Source: Octopus bimaculoides (lineage: Eukaryota). Taken from it: a stretch of 64,000 nt of DNA. Position numbers and translations under genes: made by a program. The stretch spans positions 15,826,538 to 15,890,537 of the forward strand of contig NC_068987.1 of NCBI RefSeq assembly GCF_001194135.2. The letters are read 5' to 3'. Under the pieces are notes generated by a model. It worked only from the letters and a program-made list of their open reading frames with translations, was not told where the DNA came from and searched no databases. Of this stretch, positions 1 through 12,996 are shown in pieces. The stretch's first letter is position 1, and every line of letters begins with the position of its first letter.

Positions 1-102
1 ATAAATAAGTTCAAGCTTAATTCAATTTTAAGTTTTAATAAATTGATTTTAATTGAGTTTTTACCTGTAATTTTGGATTTTATCCCTAATATTATTATTA
101 TC

Positions 103-141
<39 letters not shown>

Positions 142-299
142 GTGTGTGTGCACTCACACATGCACATGTGTTCATGTGCACGTGTGTGTGCATGTTTGTG
201 CACTCGAATGCACACATGTGTGCATGTTCATGTATATGCATGTGTGTGTGTTTCACATGTTGTCATTCTCCTGCTCTCATCCAATGCACACTGTAAAGT

Positions 300-445
300 A
301 GCTGACATTAGGAAGAGAACCAAGCCATAGAAACCAATCCAAAGCAGATCCTGGAGTATGATGTAATTCTTGGACCCATTGGATCCTGTCAAACCATCCA
401 ACCCATGACAGCATGGAACATGGATATTAGATGATGATGATAATG
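300..445 (+). mobile_element. RTE-type LINE/SINE 3' tail
   Basis: ccaacccatgacagcatggaacatggatattagatgatgatg matches the tail motif recurring at ~4200, 9300, 34100, 50650, 52980 and 55870. Confidence 0.65.
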
Positions 446-904
446 ATGGTGATAATGATATGTAAGTATATATGTCTCAGGGACGTGCTGTCTAGGTAGG
501 CGAGTTAGACAGTGCTTACCTTGAATAAAATTGAGCAATAGCAACATTTTCTTCTCATGACAAAATATGCACCTATTCAAAGAAATTATGAAGGTTACTC
601 TGATTACTATGCATAAAATGCAAAATGTTTTATTTTTTTTGTAGATTAGGTAGGCATAATTCACCCTTGCTTTTCAATCTCAGTATTTAAGCTACACATG
701 GTAATGCTGTAGTACACGTGCTGCATACACTTCTACAACACCGTTTTCTTTATGTGTTATAAAGGCAGAAATAGATCTGCCTTCAACTCAGTTGCACACC
801 TGTGTTTTGCATATTTTTTGTGTATTTTACTACATAAAGGTGTTCGACTGCCTACCCTGAGAAATTACTGACAGCACGTGCCAGGTATGTATGTATGTAT
901 GTAT

Positions 905-1246
905 GAAGGCACATGGCTCAGTGGTTAGAGCATTGGGCTCACAATCATGAGGTAGCAAGTTCAATTCCCGGATCGGGCCATGTGTTGTGGTCTTGAGCAA
1001 GACACTTTATTTCACGTTGCTCCAGCTCACTCAGCTGTAGAAATGAGTTGCAATGTCATTGGTGTCAAGCTGTATCGGCCTTTGCTTTTCCCTTGGATAA
1101 CATCGGTGGCATGGAGAGGAGAGGCTGGTATGCACGGGCAACTACTGGTCTTCCACAAAGAGCCTTACCCAGATTTTTGCCTCAGAGGACAACTTTCTAG
1201 GTGCATCCCATGGTCATTTATGACCAAAGAGGGTCTTTACCCTTTT
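905..1246 (+). mobile_element. tRNA-derived SINE (family D here)
   Basis: A box TGGCTCAGTGGTT, B box GTTCAATTCC, then cttgagcaagacacttt core; embedded in (TATG)n. Confidence 0.8.
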
Positions 1247-1692
1247 TTATGTATGCATGTATGTATGTATGCATGTATGTATGTATGCATGCAAATAGGT
1301 AGGTAGGTAGGTTAGTAGGTTAGTTAGGTATATGTGTATGTATGTATGTATATATGTATGTATGTGTGTGTGTATATGTATGTATGTATGCATGTGTGTA
1401 TGTATGTGTGATGTGTTTGTGCACTCCTTGTTTTGATATTTCATAATAACTGGTTTGGTGACAGGAAGGGCCTCTGATTACTTAGTATAGAAAATATGTC
1501 TCGGCAAACAACATCTGACCTATGCAAGCATTGAAAAGTGGATGTTAAAATGATGACGATGATGGGGGTGGGAGGGGAGAGAGGGAGGAGGAGGAGGAGG
1601 CGAAGAGGAGGAGAAGGAGGGGATATGTTTGTATGTATGTTGTACTGGGACTGATGCTATAAAAAAAAAAAACTTACAACACATATCACAAC

Positions 1693-2500
1693 NNNNNNNN
1701 NNNNNNNNNNNNNNNNNNNNNNNNNNNNNNNNNNNNNNNNNNNNNNNNNNNNNNNNNNNNNNNNNNNNNNNNNNNNNNNNNNNNNNNNNNNNNNNNNNNN
1801 NNNNNNNNNNNNNNNNNNNNNNNNNNNNNNNNNNNNNNNNNNNNNNNNNNNNNNNNNNNNNNNNNNNNNNNNNNNNNNNNNNNNNNNNNNNNNNNNNNNN
1901 NNNNNNNNNNNNNNNNNNNNNNNNNNNNNNNNNNNNNNNNNNNNNNNNNNNNNNNNNNNNNNNNNNNNNNNNNNNNNNNNNNNNNNNNNNNNNNNNNNNN
2001 NNNNNNNNNNNNNNNNNNNNNNNNNNNNNNNNNNNNNNNNNNNNNNNNNNNNNNNNNNNNNNNNNNNNNNNNNNNNNNNNNNNNNNNNNNNNNNNNNNNN
2101 NNNNNNNNNNNNNNNNNNNNNNNNNNNNNNNNNNNNNNNNNNNNNNNNNNNNNNNNNNNNNNNNNNNNNNNNNNNNNNNNNNNNNNNNNNNNNNNNNNNN
2201 NNNNNNNNNNNNNNNNNNNNNNNNNNNNNNNNNNNNNNNNNNNNNNNNNNNNNNNNNNNNNNNNNNNNNNNNNNNNNNNNNNNNNNNNNNNNNNNNNNNN
2301 NNNNNNNNNNNNNNNNNNNNNNNNNNNNNNNNNNNNNNNNNNNNNNNNNNNNNNNNNNNNNNNNNNNNNNNNNNNNNNNNNNNNNNNNNNNNNNNNNNNN
2401 NNNNNNNNNNNNNNNNNNNNNNNNNNNNNNNNNNNNNNNNNNNNNNNNNNNNNNNNNNNNNNNNNNNNNNNNNNNNNNNNNNNNNNNNNNNNNNNNNNNN
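1693..2500. other. Assembly gap (N run); further gaps at 19865-19912, 26416-26461, 28604-29171, 34679-35464
   Basis: Runs of n, mostly bordered by (TA)n microsatellites. Confidence 1.
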
Positions 2501-3439
2501 ATATATATATATATATATATATACCCCTGCAAAATATACATGTTGCCTACAGCTAAAGTGGTGTCGCCCCTATAAAAGTGCCGCCTGGAGCAGACTGCCC
2601 CGTGTGTGTGTATGTGTATGCAGACTGCATACACATACACAAGCGCATGCACACACACACGTATACACACACACATACATACATTATACACCATTATTTC
2701 CTATTTTGTTTTTACCAAATCTTTTAGCCTCATTAATTATTTTCCTTATCAACATTGTGACATTCCTTGACATTGCAATGCATATTTTTAGAAACGTGTA
2801 CCAAAAACTTTAAATGCCTTTGTAATAATAATACCATTTGATGCTGTCTGCCACTTTCTTTCCCTCCTCTCTCTTAGTCTATTTTCCCCTTACTTTCTGG
2901 TGTTTGTATATCCACCATTAGTGAATTTAACAAACATATAAAGAGGAACAATTTAATATATAAAAAGAACAGACGTAGAAAGCAGTTTCATTTAATTCAA
3001 ATATAAATACACACACACACGCGTGCACGTATATACACATGCACACATAGATACAAACATACATACATACAACCATCTATACGTACATACATACAAACAT
3101 ACATACATACAACCATCTATACGTACATACATACATACATACATACATACATGGTTTTTGTCACCATGTAATATGAACTTACTACAAACTTTGTCTGCTA
3201 TTTGATTTCTAATTCAGTAGTATTAAATGAAGGAGACAGATACATTATATTCTGTATAGAATAACACATTACATTAATATTTCTACAAAATCTGTGAGAC
3301 GCTCCCAAGAGTAACAGAAAGATATAAAGAATATACACCATACATAGAAACAGTCATTTGAACACCCATTCAGGGTGGAATTAGTGCTCTAATTACCAAT
3401 ACTTATACACATTTAATAACCTCCCCACACTTTCACCTC

Positions 3440-4230
3440 ATGTGTAAATCGAGCACTTGAATGTTTTTGAAAATATAATCCCCATCTCATGCAGCAGAGA
3501 TCAACCCTTTATCCTTGTTCATTATTCACTACATCTACCCTTCAACTCAAACCAATCTCTACAGTTATTACCTATTCTTTCCAACCTTCTCTCTGTATTT
3601 ATTATCAGCCACTTCTCAGCCCAATCTTTACAGTCAGCTCTTCCCTATCTAACTCTTCCCTATCTCCTCTCTGTACTTATCATCAGCCCTTTCTGAACCC
3701 TTGTTCTTCATTATATTTGCCTTATAACCATTTCCCATTCTCCTCATACACTCTTGTTCGTCTGTGCCTGCTTCTATTCCCTTTTTACACTTAGGGTCCA
3801 CTATTTTATCTCTCTTTCCTGTTCCCACTCTGGTTGCTTCCATCCATTTTACATAGCTTGAGCATCTGTGTTGCTTCTGTGCAACAAGAAACCTGTTCTG
3901 TTCTGGATCTTACTTTCATGTGTAAATCTCTCACCTCCTTACACAAAGCTACCTTCCTCTGTTGTAGCCCCACTCAATCAAAAGAAAACTTAATCTTGCA
4001 AGCTGCATGGTGACCTCACTAGTGTTGGTGTCACAAAAAAAAAAAAACAAATAGCGTCCAGTACACTCTGTAGAATGGTTAACATTCAAAAACGCATCCA
4101 GCCATAGAAACTATGTCAATACAGCCACTGGATCATGATTGAGTTCTTGAACTCATTGGATCTTGTCAGAGCCTCCAACCCGCTCCAGCATGGAAGAGGG
4201 ATGTTGAAAGATGATGATGATGATGATGAT
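3440..4230 (+). mobile_element. 5'-truncated RTE-associated element: CT-rich body plus RTE-type tail ending in (GAT)n
   Basis: CT-rich body followed by cttgcaag...ggtgacc...ccagtacactctgtag...catccagcc...ccaacccgctccagcatgg, the same order as the minus copy at 9298-10270. Confidence 0.6.
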
Positions 4231-4728
4231 TATATTGATTATAATAATCATGGTGATGATGAGGAGGATGATGACGACAACAGTGATGATGATGATGATG
4301 ATGATGAATCATAAATGCATGCTTCATACTGTATATGCATCTGTGTACATAAATACATTTGTGGTGGAAGTGTATTGAATCTGTTATGTATGTATGTATG
4401 TAAAGAGGTAATTAGACCATTAAATCCTTACTGTATGTGTTGTTGCTGATGTGTAAGACAAGGTCATTCTGACTGAACAGGATTATCATCAAAACTATTC
4501 CAACTGAGACCCTCCATTTTTATTCTTTATTTTTATTTTATTATTATTTTTTTTGTTCAGATACAGAGAATCTAGGATTGCATTAGCCACAGTTTTTCTT
4601 TTTTTTTTCTTTAAGATTGGGTGGGGTTGAGATTTGAGAAAATTTTGTCTCATATTTTTAACCAATTAAGTGATTACACAGTGGCTCCATACTTATCAAG
4701 AGAAAGTAACAAAGGGAGATATATATCA

Positions 4729-4815
<87 letters not shown>

Positions 4816-4831
4816 GTATACATATTTCAAG

Positions 4832-5428
4832 ACTAGTATTTTTGCTTGCTCTAAAATCAGTGACTGTGTGTTCACTTGAAATATATATATTGTGAGCAGA
4901 AGCGAGCTACTGTTTTGTCTACTAGAGCATCTGTAGTAGACGACGTGTCCGGTACTGAGGGCGGCAGAAATAGCCTGAAACCAGGACAGGTCTGCTGGTG
5001 GTAGAGTTTCGCTCCCCTGTTTGCAATTTATTAGACGCAGCTCAGCATTGTTAACCAGCTAGAGGAGATATCCTCTTGGGGTTAAAAAAATTGCAGTAGA
5101 GTCTGTTTGAATGGACAGTCATGTTGAAATGGCTACGAATATTTCTTGATAGTACAACTACTGTGTTGATCTCTCAGAGAGATTTTATAACTAGCATTTT
5201 TGCTTGTTGTAAAATCAGTGACTATGCGTTTGCTTGAAATATATATATTGCGAGCAGAAACAAGCTACTACCATCTGTAGCAGATGAGGTGTCCAGTACT
5301 GAATAGAGGCAGAAAAAGCCTGAAACCAGGATTGGTCTGTTAGTCTGGTTACTAGAAGGTGGTTAGGGTTCACTCCCCTGCCCACAATTGATTGAATGCA
5401 GCTGTGCATCATTAACCAGCTAGAGGTA
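4832..5428. repeat. Diverged tandem duplication, ~357 bp period (4832-5188; partial copy 5189-5428)
   Basis: actag(t/c)atttttgcttg...aaatcagtgact...ttgaaatatatatattg...gcctgaaaccagga...ttaaccagctagagg present twice in the same order. Confidence 0.8.
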
Positions 5429-5472
5429 TATATACATACATATATGTGTGTGTGTGTATATGTATACATACA

Positions 5473-5603
5473 TTAGGCTTCATTCAGTTTCTGTCTACCA
5501 AATTTTCTCACAAGGCTTTGTGGTCAGCCTGAGGCTATAGTAGAAGACACTTGCCCAAGGTGCCATGCAGTGGGACTGAACCTAAAACAATGTGGTTGAG
5601 AAG
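5473..5603 (-). mobile_element. tRNA-derived SINE family B, partial
   Basis: Reverse complement of the ccttgggcaagtgtcttctactatagcc...tttggtagacagaaactg core. Confidence 0.8.
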
Positions 5604-6224
5604 CATGTGTGTGTATGTGAGAGAGAGAGAGAGTGTGTGTTTGAGAATCCAGATGCTTGTAACAGGATATGCTCCACTAAAGGAACCACAGTGTGCCAGA
5701 TGGTAGTATTAACCTGGATGATGGATTAAATAGGGACATAGCAGGATTTGAACGGAATGAATGTGATGGGGCCCAACATTCCAACAGTACTAAGAATTCT
5801 CTCCCTAGATTCATACTTTTATATTGATCCCCTAAAATGATGAAAGATATTGTTGGCCAAGGCAGGATTTGAACGTGGAGCACATAAAGACAAAAGATGA
5901 AGTATCCTGTCCAATGCTATGATTGCCAATAATATTTCAGCTTCCATTAGTTTTAAACTGAGGTTAGTAAATGTAGCTTCGTTAATCCCTCATTCATTCA
6001 TCACTGATTCAGGATAACAAAATTCACTCATTTGTGAACCATTTTATGCTTATTACAAATGAACCTGCGATAACATGGGTTGGTGATCAATTGAAGATTT
6101 TGCTAGTACTGCAAAAACATGCCCTAGTAACCACCTATAATATTCAACCATCCAGAATGCCCTGACTATCGTATTTGAACTGGGACCAGTTAACAGAATA
6201 AAATATGAAGGTATATGATCTTAA

Positions 6225-6423
6225 AAAAGAAGGCAGATGACTGTATTCTTTACAGGAAAAGTTAGAGATGAGCAAGAAAATTCATGATGGTAGAACCTTC
6301 ACTGTTGCAAGCTGTAAGTTTGGCGCCAATGAATCTACCATTTATTCCATTTACAAAATGCATGATAATGATTCATTTACCACTGCTAATTTGGAACCAA
6401 ACACCCATGATAAACAAAGATAG
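6225..6423 (+). mobile_element. Tigger/pogo (CENP-B-like HTH) transposase N-terminal relic
   Basis: From 6247 translates SLQEKLEMSKKIHDGRTFTVASCKFGANESTIYSIYK, resembling the HTH_psq start of pogo/Tigger transposases. Confidence 0.6.
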
Positions 6424-7329
6424 ATGTACTTATACAACTTTAATCTTGGTTTTATACTTTTTCAACTGAAATAAAATCCACAACTAGCCAGACAGACAAA
6501 ATAAAACTTGCCTAATCAGCAAAATGTTTCTATTTCCTTGGAGAAGAAGAATGGTTTTCAAACATGACTAAATTTTATATTTCTTCTAAGAGGTGACCAG
6601 AAAATAATGGGTGGAACCTAGAAATAACGACTGAACTCTGTTTTTATGTTTATTTTTATTTCATATTATTTGTAATTATATTATCATAATCTGAGCCTAG
6701 TTTTCAGTGCACTTGTATCAAATTCCTCAACAACTAGAACTCAAGTTACAGGATTTAGTTCAGGGTATTGTATTTATTATTTAATTCTTGAGGGATATAT
6801 ATTTTATACTCTACCAGTTGTATATAACTCTCAGTTCTTGAATGATGTATATAATTAGTTTCTTGTGTGTGTGCTGGCTTTTACATAGCATAATAGTTGT
6901 AAATGTATGTTTTATGTCATAAAAGCAGTGTCATTTTTCTTATTTCTTCTGTGAAAACATGCCTGGCTATGAGGAAATATGAACCTTACTTGGAAACTGG
7001 GAACGCTTGATGACAGGAAAAGCACTACCACCACCACAACCACCCCACATTTATCATAACTACCACCACCACAACCACTATCATCTCTACAATCAAATCA
7101 CCACCACTGCTAAGATATATCAACACCCCATTGCTGCCACTGTTATGATTTCCTCAAATAGTTCCCAGAATGTTGGAAACCTGGCAGAGATGTTACAGCA
7201 TAGGACAAAATGCCTTGTGATATTCATTCTGCATTTCTGAGTTCTGAGTTCAAACTCTGCCAAGGTCAACTTTGCCTTTCACCTTTTTTAGGGTCACTAA
7301 AGTAAACAACCAGTCCAGATTGGAAGAAG

Positions 7330-7535
7330 TGTCAGAGTATGGGACAGGGATATTTTGCAATATTTGTTCTAGCTCTTTGAGTCTTGAATTCTTGAATGGT
7401 AAACTTATTCCAGACATGGGAAGTGGACCACATGAGACATGACTCTTCACTAGGGTAGCTACACAATAAAGTGGTAAAAAATGATGTTGGGAATGCAGTG
7501 TGGGTTGTTAAGGAAGTGGATAACTGGTAATACAA
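7330..7535 (-). mobile_element. Highly decayed CR1/L2-like LINE fragment
   Basis: Frame-shifted LVKSHVS.../VWNKFTIQEFK resembles the LVRxHLEYCxxVWNP motif. Confidence 0.35.
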
Positions 7536-8271
7536 AAAAAAAAACAGGTGGATGGAATATATGCAGTTCTGCTCTTCGTAAAATTACAGCAGCTAAAATA
7601 ATAATAATAATAATAAACAATCACTATGGCTGGAGTTACTTTAATCTATCTTCGATTTGCTTAATCACAGATGAACTAGGGTTTAACAACAGCAACAATA
7701 ACAACAACAACAACAACAACAACAACATTAACAACAGTAGCAACACTATTTACCATCATAACCAACAACATGCTCATAACCTCTACAAACCCCCCACCAC
7801 CATTGCATTCACCATCACCACCACCATCACCTCTACCTATTAAAAGAATCAAGTTATACTATTTAGCCTTCTTAAAAAATATGCAGTATACATTTTCATA
7901 ACTCAACTTCAAATTCCTAAAATGTACACATAACTAGAATTACTCTCTAAGTTTCACAAAAATAGCCCATTATGGTTCTCTTGAGGCTATATGAAACTAC
8001 TGCAAGTGATGGTTTACTTTGTTTAAATTCAGTATTTATGTAACAGTGCAAAAGAGCTGTGGGTTAAAAAGAATGTTAGAGCTTTAGAGTAAATTCATTT
8101 ACAGTAGACTTTAATCATATCAATTTAATCTGACTCTGTCTTTAATAAAGAGAGGGAGACAGAGGTGGGGAGATAGAGAAAGAAAAGAGAGGGAGAGAGA
8201 GAAAGAAAGAAAGAGAGAGATGATTTTAAATAAGAAATCCATATGTATGTACGTATGACTCTATCCATCCA

Positions 8272-8274
<3 letters not shown>

Positions 8275-8363
<89 letters not shown>

Positions 8364-8410
8364 CCTACCTACCTACCTACCTACTTATCTATCTATCTAT
8401 CTATCTATAT
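8275..8410. repeat. (CTAT)n/(CTAC)n microsatellite. Other long SSRs: (CA)n/(TA)n 4731-4802, (AAC)n ~7685-7730, (AC)n 56799-56885, (TA)n ~63793-63850
   Basis: Read directly from the sequence. Confidence 0.98.
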
Positions 8411-8559
8411 ATATATAAAATGATATACAGGCAAGTGTCTTCTATGGCCCCAGGCTGACTAAAGCCTCATGAGTGAATTTGGTATACGCACACACACACA
8501 CACACATACACACACACACACACACACACATACATACACACACACATACATATACACAC

Positions 8560-8870
8560 CAAGGTTATGACTTTTTGGGTTTTTGGGAAGTAAACAATTT
8601 CCTGTATGAAATGTCGATGGACAAGTTCATATAAGTAGGGAAAATAACCTTTGTTTTAAGTTTTTTAAAAAAATGTCTCCCCCAACTGAGTAAATTCTCC
8701 CCTAACACGACTTTTAACCCAAATCATGCAAAATTCTAGGGGGTTCATAATACCTACTCAAGTATTTACCAAACTTGGTATGCTGACTTGATGCAATGCA
8801 GAAGAAGCAGTATATCTCAAATATCAGCTTTCAAGTTTAAGTAGTTTAGGAGTTATAGAGTTTTTAATTT
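8560..8870 (+). mobile_element. Possible DINE-1/HINE-like (Helentron non-autonomous) core relic
   Basis: accaaacttggtatg...aaatatcagctttcaagtttaagtagtttaggagttatag resembles DINE-like core motifs; ends not found. Confidence 0.3.
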
Positions 8871-9297
8871 GTTACCGTTTAGGTCCTACTTTAGGAAATA
8901 ACCTCTTTCTCTCCTTTTTATTTCTGTGACATTAAAAACTCTGACTATATTAACTGTTTTTCAGAATAGTAGGCTTATCCAACTGGGGTATCTAAAATAA
9001 TGTCTTATAAGAGAAGAAACATAAAATCTGGATGAAGAATCTCGTGCAATTTCAAGACTCACATAGGAAAAGAAGACCTGTTCCTCTAGAAGAGCATTCT
9101 TTGGAATACATCTGCAAAATGTTGGTTGCTACCTGTTCCTTGGAGATACTATCAAAGGAAAGAAACAAAGAACAAAGGAAATTTCGAAAGAAGTCTTTTA
9201 GCAGGATTGAACCCAGAATCATGTTGTTGTAAAGTGAAATTCTTAACCACATGGCTATGCCAGGACTTTATAATATAATACACACACACACACACAT

Positions 9298-9821
9298 ATC
9301 ATCAACATCATTTAACGTCCACCTTCCAAGCTGGCATGGGTTGGACAGTTTGACAGGAGCTGGCCAGACAGAAGACTGCACCAGATTTCTGTGTCTGTTT
9401 TGGCAAGGTTTTTACAGCTGGATGCTCTTCCTAACACCAGCCACCCAGCAGAATGGACTGACTGCTTGGCACAGGTGAGATCAGTTTTGGCATGGTTTTT
9501 ACAGCTGGATGCCCTTCCGAATGCCAACCACTTTACAGTGTGAACTGGATGCTTTTTAGTTAGCATCAGCACTGACAGGGTCACTGAGTAACTTGCAAGA
9601 CAAACATCCTTTGAGAGGAGAGGATACAGATGGAGGAGGTGATCTTGCATCAGATGATGAAAGGTTATAGTGAGACAGAGAGGCAGAAACAGGTATCTTA
9701 CTGTAGAGGAAGTACATGATTACCAAACCAGAGAGAGAGGGAGTGATCAAGAATGAGAACAGAAACGTGTGCTGCTGTAAAGGAGATATGTGGTTATCCA
9801 GCCTGAGAGATGAGCAGGAAA

Positions 9822-9861
<40 letters not shown>

Positions 9862-10270
9862 GGGAGACAGCAAGAGTGCAAGAGAGACTAGGAGAAAGAT
9901 GGTGGTGAAATGCTGGGCATACTCACAAGGGTCGGTGATCAGAATATAAATGGGATAGTAGAGTAAAAGTAGAGAGAGGTAGATGGTGGCAAGTGCCAGG
10001 ACATACCCTTGGGGTATGGCAGTCATAATATAATTGACAGGGCATTGCCAAAGAATCGTGAGTAGAGAGCGGGGGTGGGGGATGCAGTGAGTGGTTGAAA
10101 CCTGTGTATATAGAGTGGGGTGGAAATATACTGGATAGCAATGATACAGTGAGCAGTGTCACGAGGATAGGATTGCGGAGTGAGAGATAAGCATTGTGCA
10201 TGAATGAGGAAATGTGAGGAAGAGATGTAGTTTGGTTTGTTGGGGTAGGGTGTGTGAGAAGTTTTCTTAT
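9298..10270 (-). mobile_element. 5'-truncated RTE-associated element (CT-rich body plus RTE tail)
   Basis: atcatttaacgtccaccttccaagctggcatgggttggac tail on minus strand; internal duplication of ttttacagctggatgc; CT-rich body upstream. Confidence 0.65.
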
Positions 10271-10671
10271 GTGTAGATAGAATACACAGCACTTCTAGAA
10301 GTCAATTTCATTGTATATGACTTGCTGTTGCATGTCATACTAACAACAAATATGTGATTTTTCAGCTGTTGCTATAATTGAAAGGCAACTATTACTTTCA
10401 GTGACGCCAGCTGTTTTTTACCATCTCAAAGCATTATTACCAGTTTACATATTTACATTTACCTCTCTGTATCTTTCTTTCTTTCTGCCTGCCTGCCTGC
10501 CTGCCTACCTACCTACCTATCTACCTACCTGTCTAGCTAGCTAGATAGTTCTTTCCAAATGTCTATATCTCTCCCTTTCTTCACTATCTAGGTATGTCTG
10601 TGTCTATTTCTCTCCCTATCTCTTTTTACCTCTCTATATTATCATTATCATTATTATTGTTATTATTGTTG

Positions 10672-10900
10672 AAGCAGTGAGCTGGCACAAACGTTAGCAT
10701 GCTGGGCGAAATGCTTAGCAGTATTTTGTCTGTCTTTACGTTCTGAGTTCAAATTCCGCTGAGGTCGACTTTGCCTTTCATCCTTTCGGGGTCGATAAAT
10801 TAAGTACCAGTTGCATACTAGGGTTGATTCAATGAACTGGTCCCTCCCCCAAAATTTCGAACCTTGTGCCTAGAGTAGAAAAGATTATTATTATTATTAT
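10672..10900 (+). mobile_element. tRNA-derived SINE family A
   Basis: gagctggc...ttctgagttcaaattccgctgaggtcgactttgcctttcatcctttcggggtcgataaattaagtaccag, with (TTA)n tail. Confidence 0.85.
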
Positions 10901-10979
10901 AAATCGGCAGAAGTTACAGAGTTACTCAAGGGCTGAGAATAATAGATTGAAAGATATATATATATATATATAAGATATA

Positions 10980-11186
10980 GGTACTACTAAAGCAGCACGG
11001 TCCCGAACGCGCAGTCGCGCGTCCGTACTAGCTAGTCGTGAGTGGTCGATCCTAACCCTAACCCTAAACACGTATTCATTTGCACACGCGGGTTAGGGAT
11101 AGGGTTAGGGTTAGGATCGACCACTCAAGACTAGCTAGTGCGGACGCGCGACTGCGCGTTCGGGACCGTGCTGCTTTAGTAGTACC
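10980..11186. mobile_element. Merlin-type foldback MITE with internal telomere-type repeats
   Basis: GG...CC ends; ~85 bp arms with 2 mismatches; TSD TAAGATATA at 10971-10979 and 11187-11195; CCTAAC repeats on the left, TTAGGG on the right. Confidence 0.85.
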
Positions 11187-11280
11187 TAAGATATATATAT
11201 ATATATATAGTTCAAAACTTATTGTGTATATATACTTGGAAAAGGACGCGTGGCGTTCGATCATATAATAATATAATATA

Positions 11281-11407
11281 CAGGGTGTCCACAAAGTCTG
11301 GGTACGTGGGGATTAACACATACTTTAAGAAATAATTATTTCTTATATTTAATTGTTTATGTTATGATTTTATTTACTCCATGTACCCAGACCTTGTGAA
11401 CACCCTG
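11281..11407. mobile_element. Tc1/mariner-type MITE
   Basis: 25 bp TIR cagggtgtccacaaagtctgggtac (2 mismatches), TA on both sides. Confidence 0.85.
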
Positions 11408-12744
11408 TATAATATAATATATATAATATATATATATATATATATAGATATATGTATGTATATATGTGTGTGTGTGTGTGTGTTATATTTCTAACTCTAT
11501 TATATTTTTCTTTATATCTTTCAATCTATTATTCTCACGTGCTATTTCGCCGACACGGAATAAACAGTGACAAGGAATAAAGCACCGATTCAAATAATAA
11601 ATAAATAAATAAATAAATACATACATAACAATACTCAGCTTGTGTCTAGACGGAGACAGGGAGAGGGAGAGAGAGAGAGAGAGAGAGAGAGTAAGAGAAA
11701 GAGAGTAAGAAGAGAGAAAGGGAGAAATAAAGAAATCAAAGTGAAAACTACACAGGCAACAAATTGACAAGTCCTTGTAATTCAAATATAAGATGATATA
11801 TAATTGACAATGGTAGTAACGAAGTGGTTTTAACGAAACATGGTCGACAGATGATCGTCTCGAACTAAAAACCATGGAAGTACAAGTTTTACATTTTCAA
11901 TCGACTTCTGAATATTTTGTAAGTTGCCTTCTTTTTTTTTTCTTCCTTTAACCCGTTATTCTCTCATTGTGGTACTTCAAAAGTTTTACGTATTTAAAAT
12001 TAATTTAGGAAGCATATTGTAAGGAAAAAAGAAGGGAAAAAGTCGGTCATTTCCCACTGTATAATATTTATTGCTTATATTATTGTTTTTAATTGATGAA
12101 AGTAACGACAGCAAAACAACACAATGAATAGCTTGTACGTGATTGCCCAACATGCTAGAGATAGCAGCGAAATATCCTTCAGGTCATACTAGCGTCTTAC
12201 GAACAGGAAAGTCACTTTAGACAATGAAGTCATAATCCGTATACAAAAAAAGAAAAAAAGATAAGATGGTCATGGCTGGAATGTCTTTGATTACTTGTCT
12301 GCTCGATCAGGGCTGGTAAAGGACTAAACAGCAAGTAAATCCAAACCCCGAGTCTATGTTGACCTGCTAAAATTAAGTCACATCTTTAAAGGATACCGTG
12401 CCGTTTTGAAAAGGGTGGGATTACTTTGTATTATACAACCCTCGCTATGCGATACCCCAAAACAGGACGGGATGGCCATGGTTAGAATCTGTGCCTTGAT
12501 CTATAGGTCTGTATGATTGGGTTGATCTGTTGCTAAACGACAAATCACAACCATACAAAATACAATAAATTCATAATGTCTTACACATGCAGGATACACG
12601 TACTTGGATTTACGTAATCATTATAGAAGAAAGAACTCAGTGATCTCTTTCGATTCTGGCAGCATTTCGTTTCACTTAGCGTCGTGAATGTCTGCTATTC
12701 GTCGTATTAAATATCCCGCAATTTGTGCCAACGAACCCCAAGGG

Positions 12745-12996
12745 TAGTGGTCCTTAAGCATTTTTTGTCTATGGACCCCTTTGATTCTTAGTTTACGTTA
12801 CTGGGCCTCCATAGCTATTCGATGTTTTAAAAAAGCTCCATAATATTTTTATAATTAAATATTGTTAGGAATTATATTTTTTAAAAAATTGTTAAAATAG
12901 TTTGTGTATTGTAGAAGTTTAACCAATTTGGGGCACATAAACTTTAACAAAATCTTATATGGACTCCCAAAGGTAGACCCCGGTTGAGAACCACTG
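12745..12996. mobile_element. hAT-type non-autonomous element
   Basis: Right end ggttgagaaccactg (CAGTGGTTCTCAACC type), degenerate left end tagtggtccttaagc; TSD not recovered. Confidence 0.55.

Noticed and set aside
520-599. Minus-strand 80 nt candidate exon (VTFIISLNRCIFCHEKKMLLLLNFIQ) with AAG|GTAAGC donor
   Set aside because: Peptide unrecognised, mediocre acceptor, no partner exons found.
905-985. tRNA-like sequences here and at other SINE heads (25786, 39853, 56410)
   Set aside because: No complete cloverleaf; each continues into a SINE body.
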